A DNA stretch of 63,428 nucleotides, counting the filler, from Octopus bimaculoides (Eukaryota), in assembly GCF_001194135.2 (NCBI RefSeq). It is 7 parts of 6 records of this genome, joined end to end, with 100 filler letters (N's around TTAATTAATTAA, not from the genome) between each part and the next. Parts side by side here need not be neighbours in the genome. Positions count along the whole stretch, not along the records: positions 61,494 to 63,428 come from NC_068984.1; 6 more parts are not named here. One strand, written 5' to 3'. A program made the position numbers and the translations under genes. Under the pieces are notes generated by a model. It was not told where the DNA came from, ran no database searches, and was given only the letters and a program-made list of their open reading frames with translations. Numbering within the stretch: position 1 is the first letter of the stretch; each line of letters starts with the position of its first letter. Positions 62,013 to 63,428 of this stretch are shown here, one piece after another.

Positions 62013-63428
62013 GAAGGGGAATTATGCAGCAGAGGAGCGGGGAGGGTAGGGAGTCACGGGTTTAGCTTTGCCTCACAGACATGATTGCAAAGGTGCTGTT
62101 GCGAAGAATGGCCAACGACACTCGCTGCAACAATCACTCCACATCGTGGGGCTCATTTCTCTGACGGACAAAAGTTATCCTGATTTTGGGGAGGAAATAT
62201 TTAGAATATAATGGAAATTATTGAATATCCAGTGTTCGGGCTCCACGAAGGTCGTTTCACACCCAGAAACACTTAATCCGATTGGAAGTGATATTATCAT
62301 GCATTGTTTATTTCAACAGAACTAAATGGTAAAGTTGGTGCTAATTAATGGTGAAGAGAAGCCATTAAAAGAAAGAAATCTCTTGTTTTCTACGATGTCC
62401 TACTGTTCTGACTAAAACAGACGAATATGATTTATGTTTTTTTAAGCTTTTATTTGGCGAAACATTCTTGGCGGTTTTGGTGGGGAAGAATCGATTCTGC
62501 TGTTTTATTTTATTCTTCGCCACCATACAGTGTTACCATGATGTACTCTTGAAGAAATCACAGAGAAGGATCAACCAGTTATCTAACTCTAGACTATATA
62601 TACCCCTGTCACAAACATATACAGTAAATATCGTATGCATCTGAGCTATATACCCATCAAACAAACATACATCGGACAAACCTACTCTATATATGCCTAT
62701 AACGTACATTCGGTGAATATTTTATAAATCTAGACTGTTCACTCATTCAACAAACATTCAATAAATATATCAGAGGCAGTTGAATACTAGGTCCAGTTCA
62801 ATGACCCTCTTTCCCTAACCCCGTCAAATGGAAACGTCAATGTGTGGCATTTGTCATTCTAAGAAAGAACAGTCTGTTTTGTTGTAAGGAAAATCTGAAT
62901 CAGAGTTTTGAATCCCTTCTTCTGGCATTTAGTCTTATTGTCTCCCTTGAGAAGAAATCGTTCCCCAAACAATTCTCATCAGCGTTCACGTGTTTCACTC
63001 GTCTCATATTCAATAGCAGAATATATTTTATGCAAGACAATTCCCTAACATCCTTATAGCAATCGTTTAGGACAAGAAAGGAATGCTTTTTTGGTGCTAT
63101 GAACTTCCATGATGCTTCGGGAGAGGCTGGATCTCACTTAATTGAAGTGAAAAACCGGATTCTCTCTTAATTAAATCTGATGTTTAGGATAGAAAATATT
63201 CATACTTATTTTTCTGTTGAACATTGTTGAGAATTCATTATTGATAGACATTTAATTATTTGCTGTCGACAATATTTACTGTATATTTATCGAATGTGTG
63301 TATAGTCTGGATTTATATGATAGTTACTGTATGTATAGTGAATGAATATGTAGTCTAGATGTGTGCAATATTCACTGTATATAAGTTGTAAGTATATATG
63401 GACTATATATATATATATATATATATAT

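Noticed and set aside
62900-63130. ~70-codon stop-free minus-strand frame (…KFIAPKKHSFLVLNDCYKDV…)
   Set aside because: No convincing splice signals or recognisable domain; this length is plausible by chance in 63 kb.

Overview
AT-rich, microsatellite-saturated and heavily gapped animal genomic DNA. Its repeat content (tRNA-derived SINE families, RTE LINE remnants, mariner/maT remnants, (TA)n/(CA)n/(CAT)n tracts) looks like an octopus-type cephalopod genome; the organism is inferred, not shown. Six identical synthetic 100-nt linkers (44 N + TTAATTAATTAA + 44 N) split the window into seven segments that may not be true neighbours. I cannot support any complete protein-coding gene, rRNA, functional tRNA or CRISPR array, and almost all ORF-track entries are translations of microsatellites, N-gaps or repeats. 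Supported content: many SINE copies of at least four families (two with visible target-site duplications), three RTE-clade LINE fragments, a near full-length degenerate maT-like Tc1/mariner element with TIRs, two mariner remnants, a non-autonomous Helitron-like element, several MITE/foldback hairpins, interstitial telomeric repeats and an 18-bp minisatellite. The best leads are a hammerhead-ribozyme-like motif in a Penelope-like context (plus two degenerate relatives), a candidate recursive (AG|GT) splice site, and a candidate exon plus 17-nt microexon on the minus strand. None is proven, and I found no convincing novel biological system.
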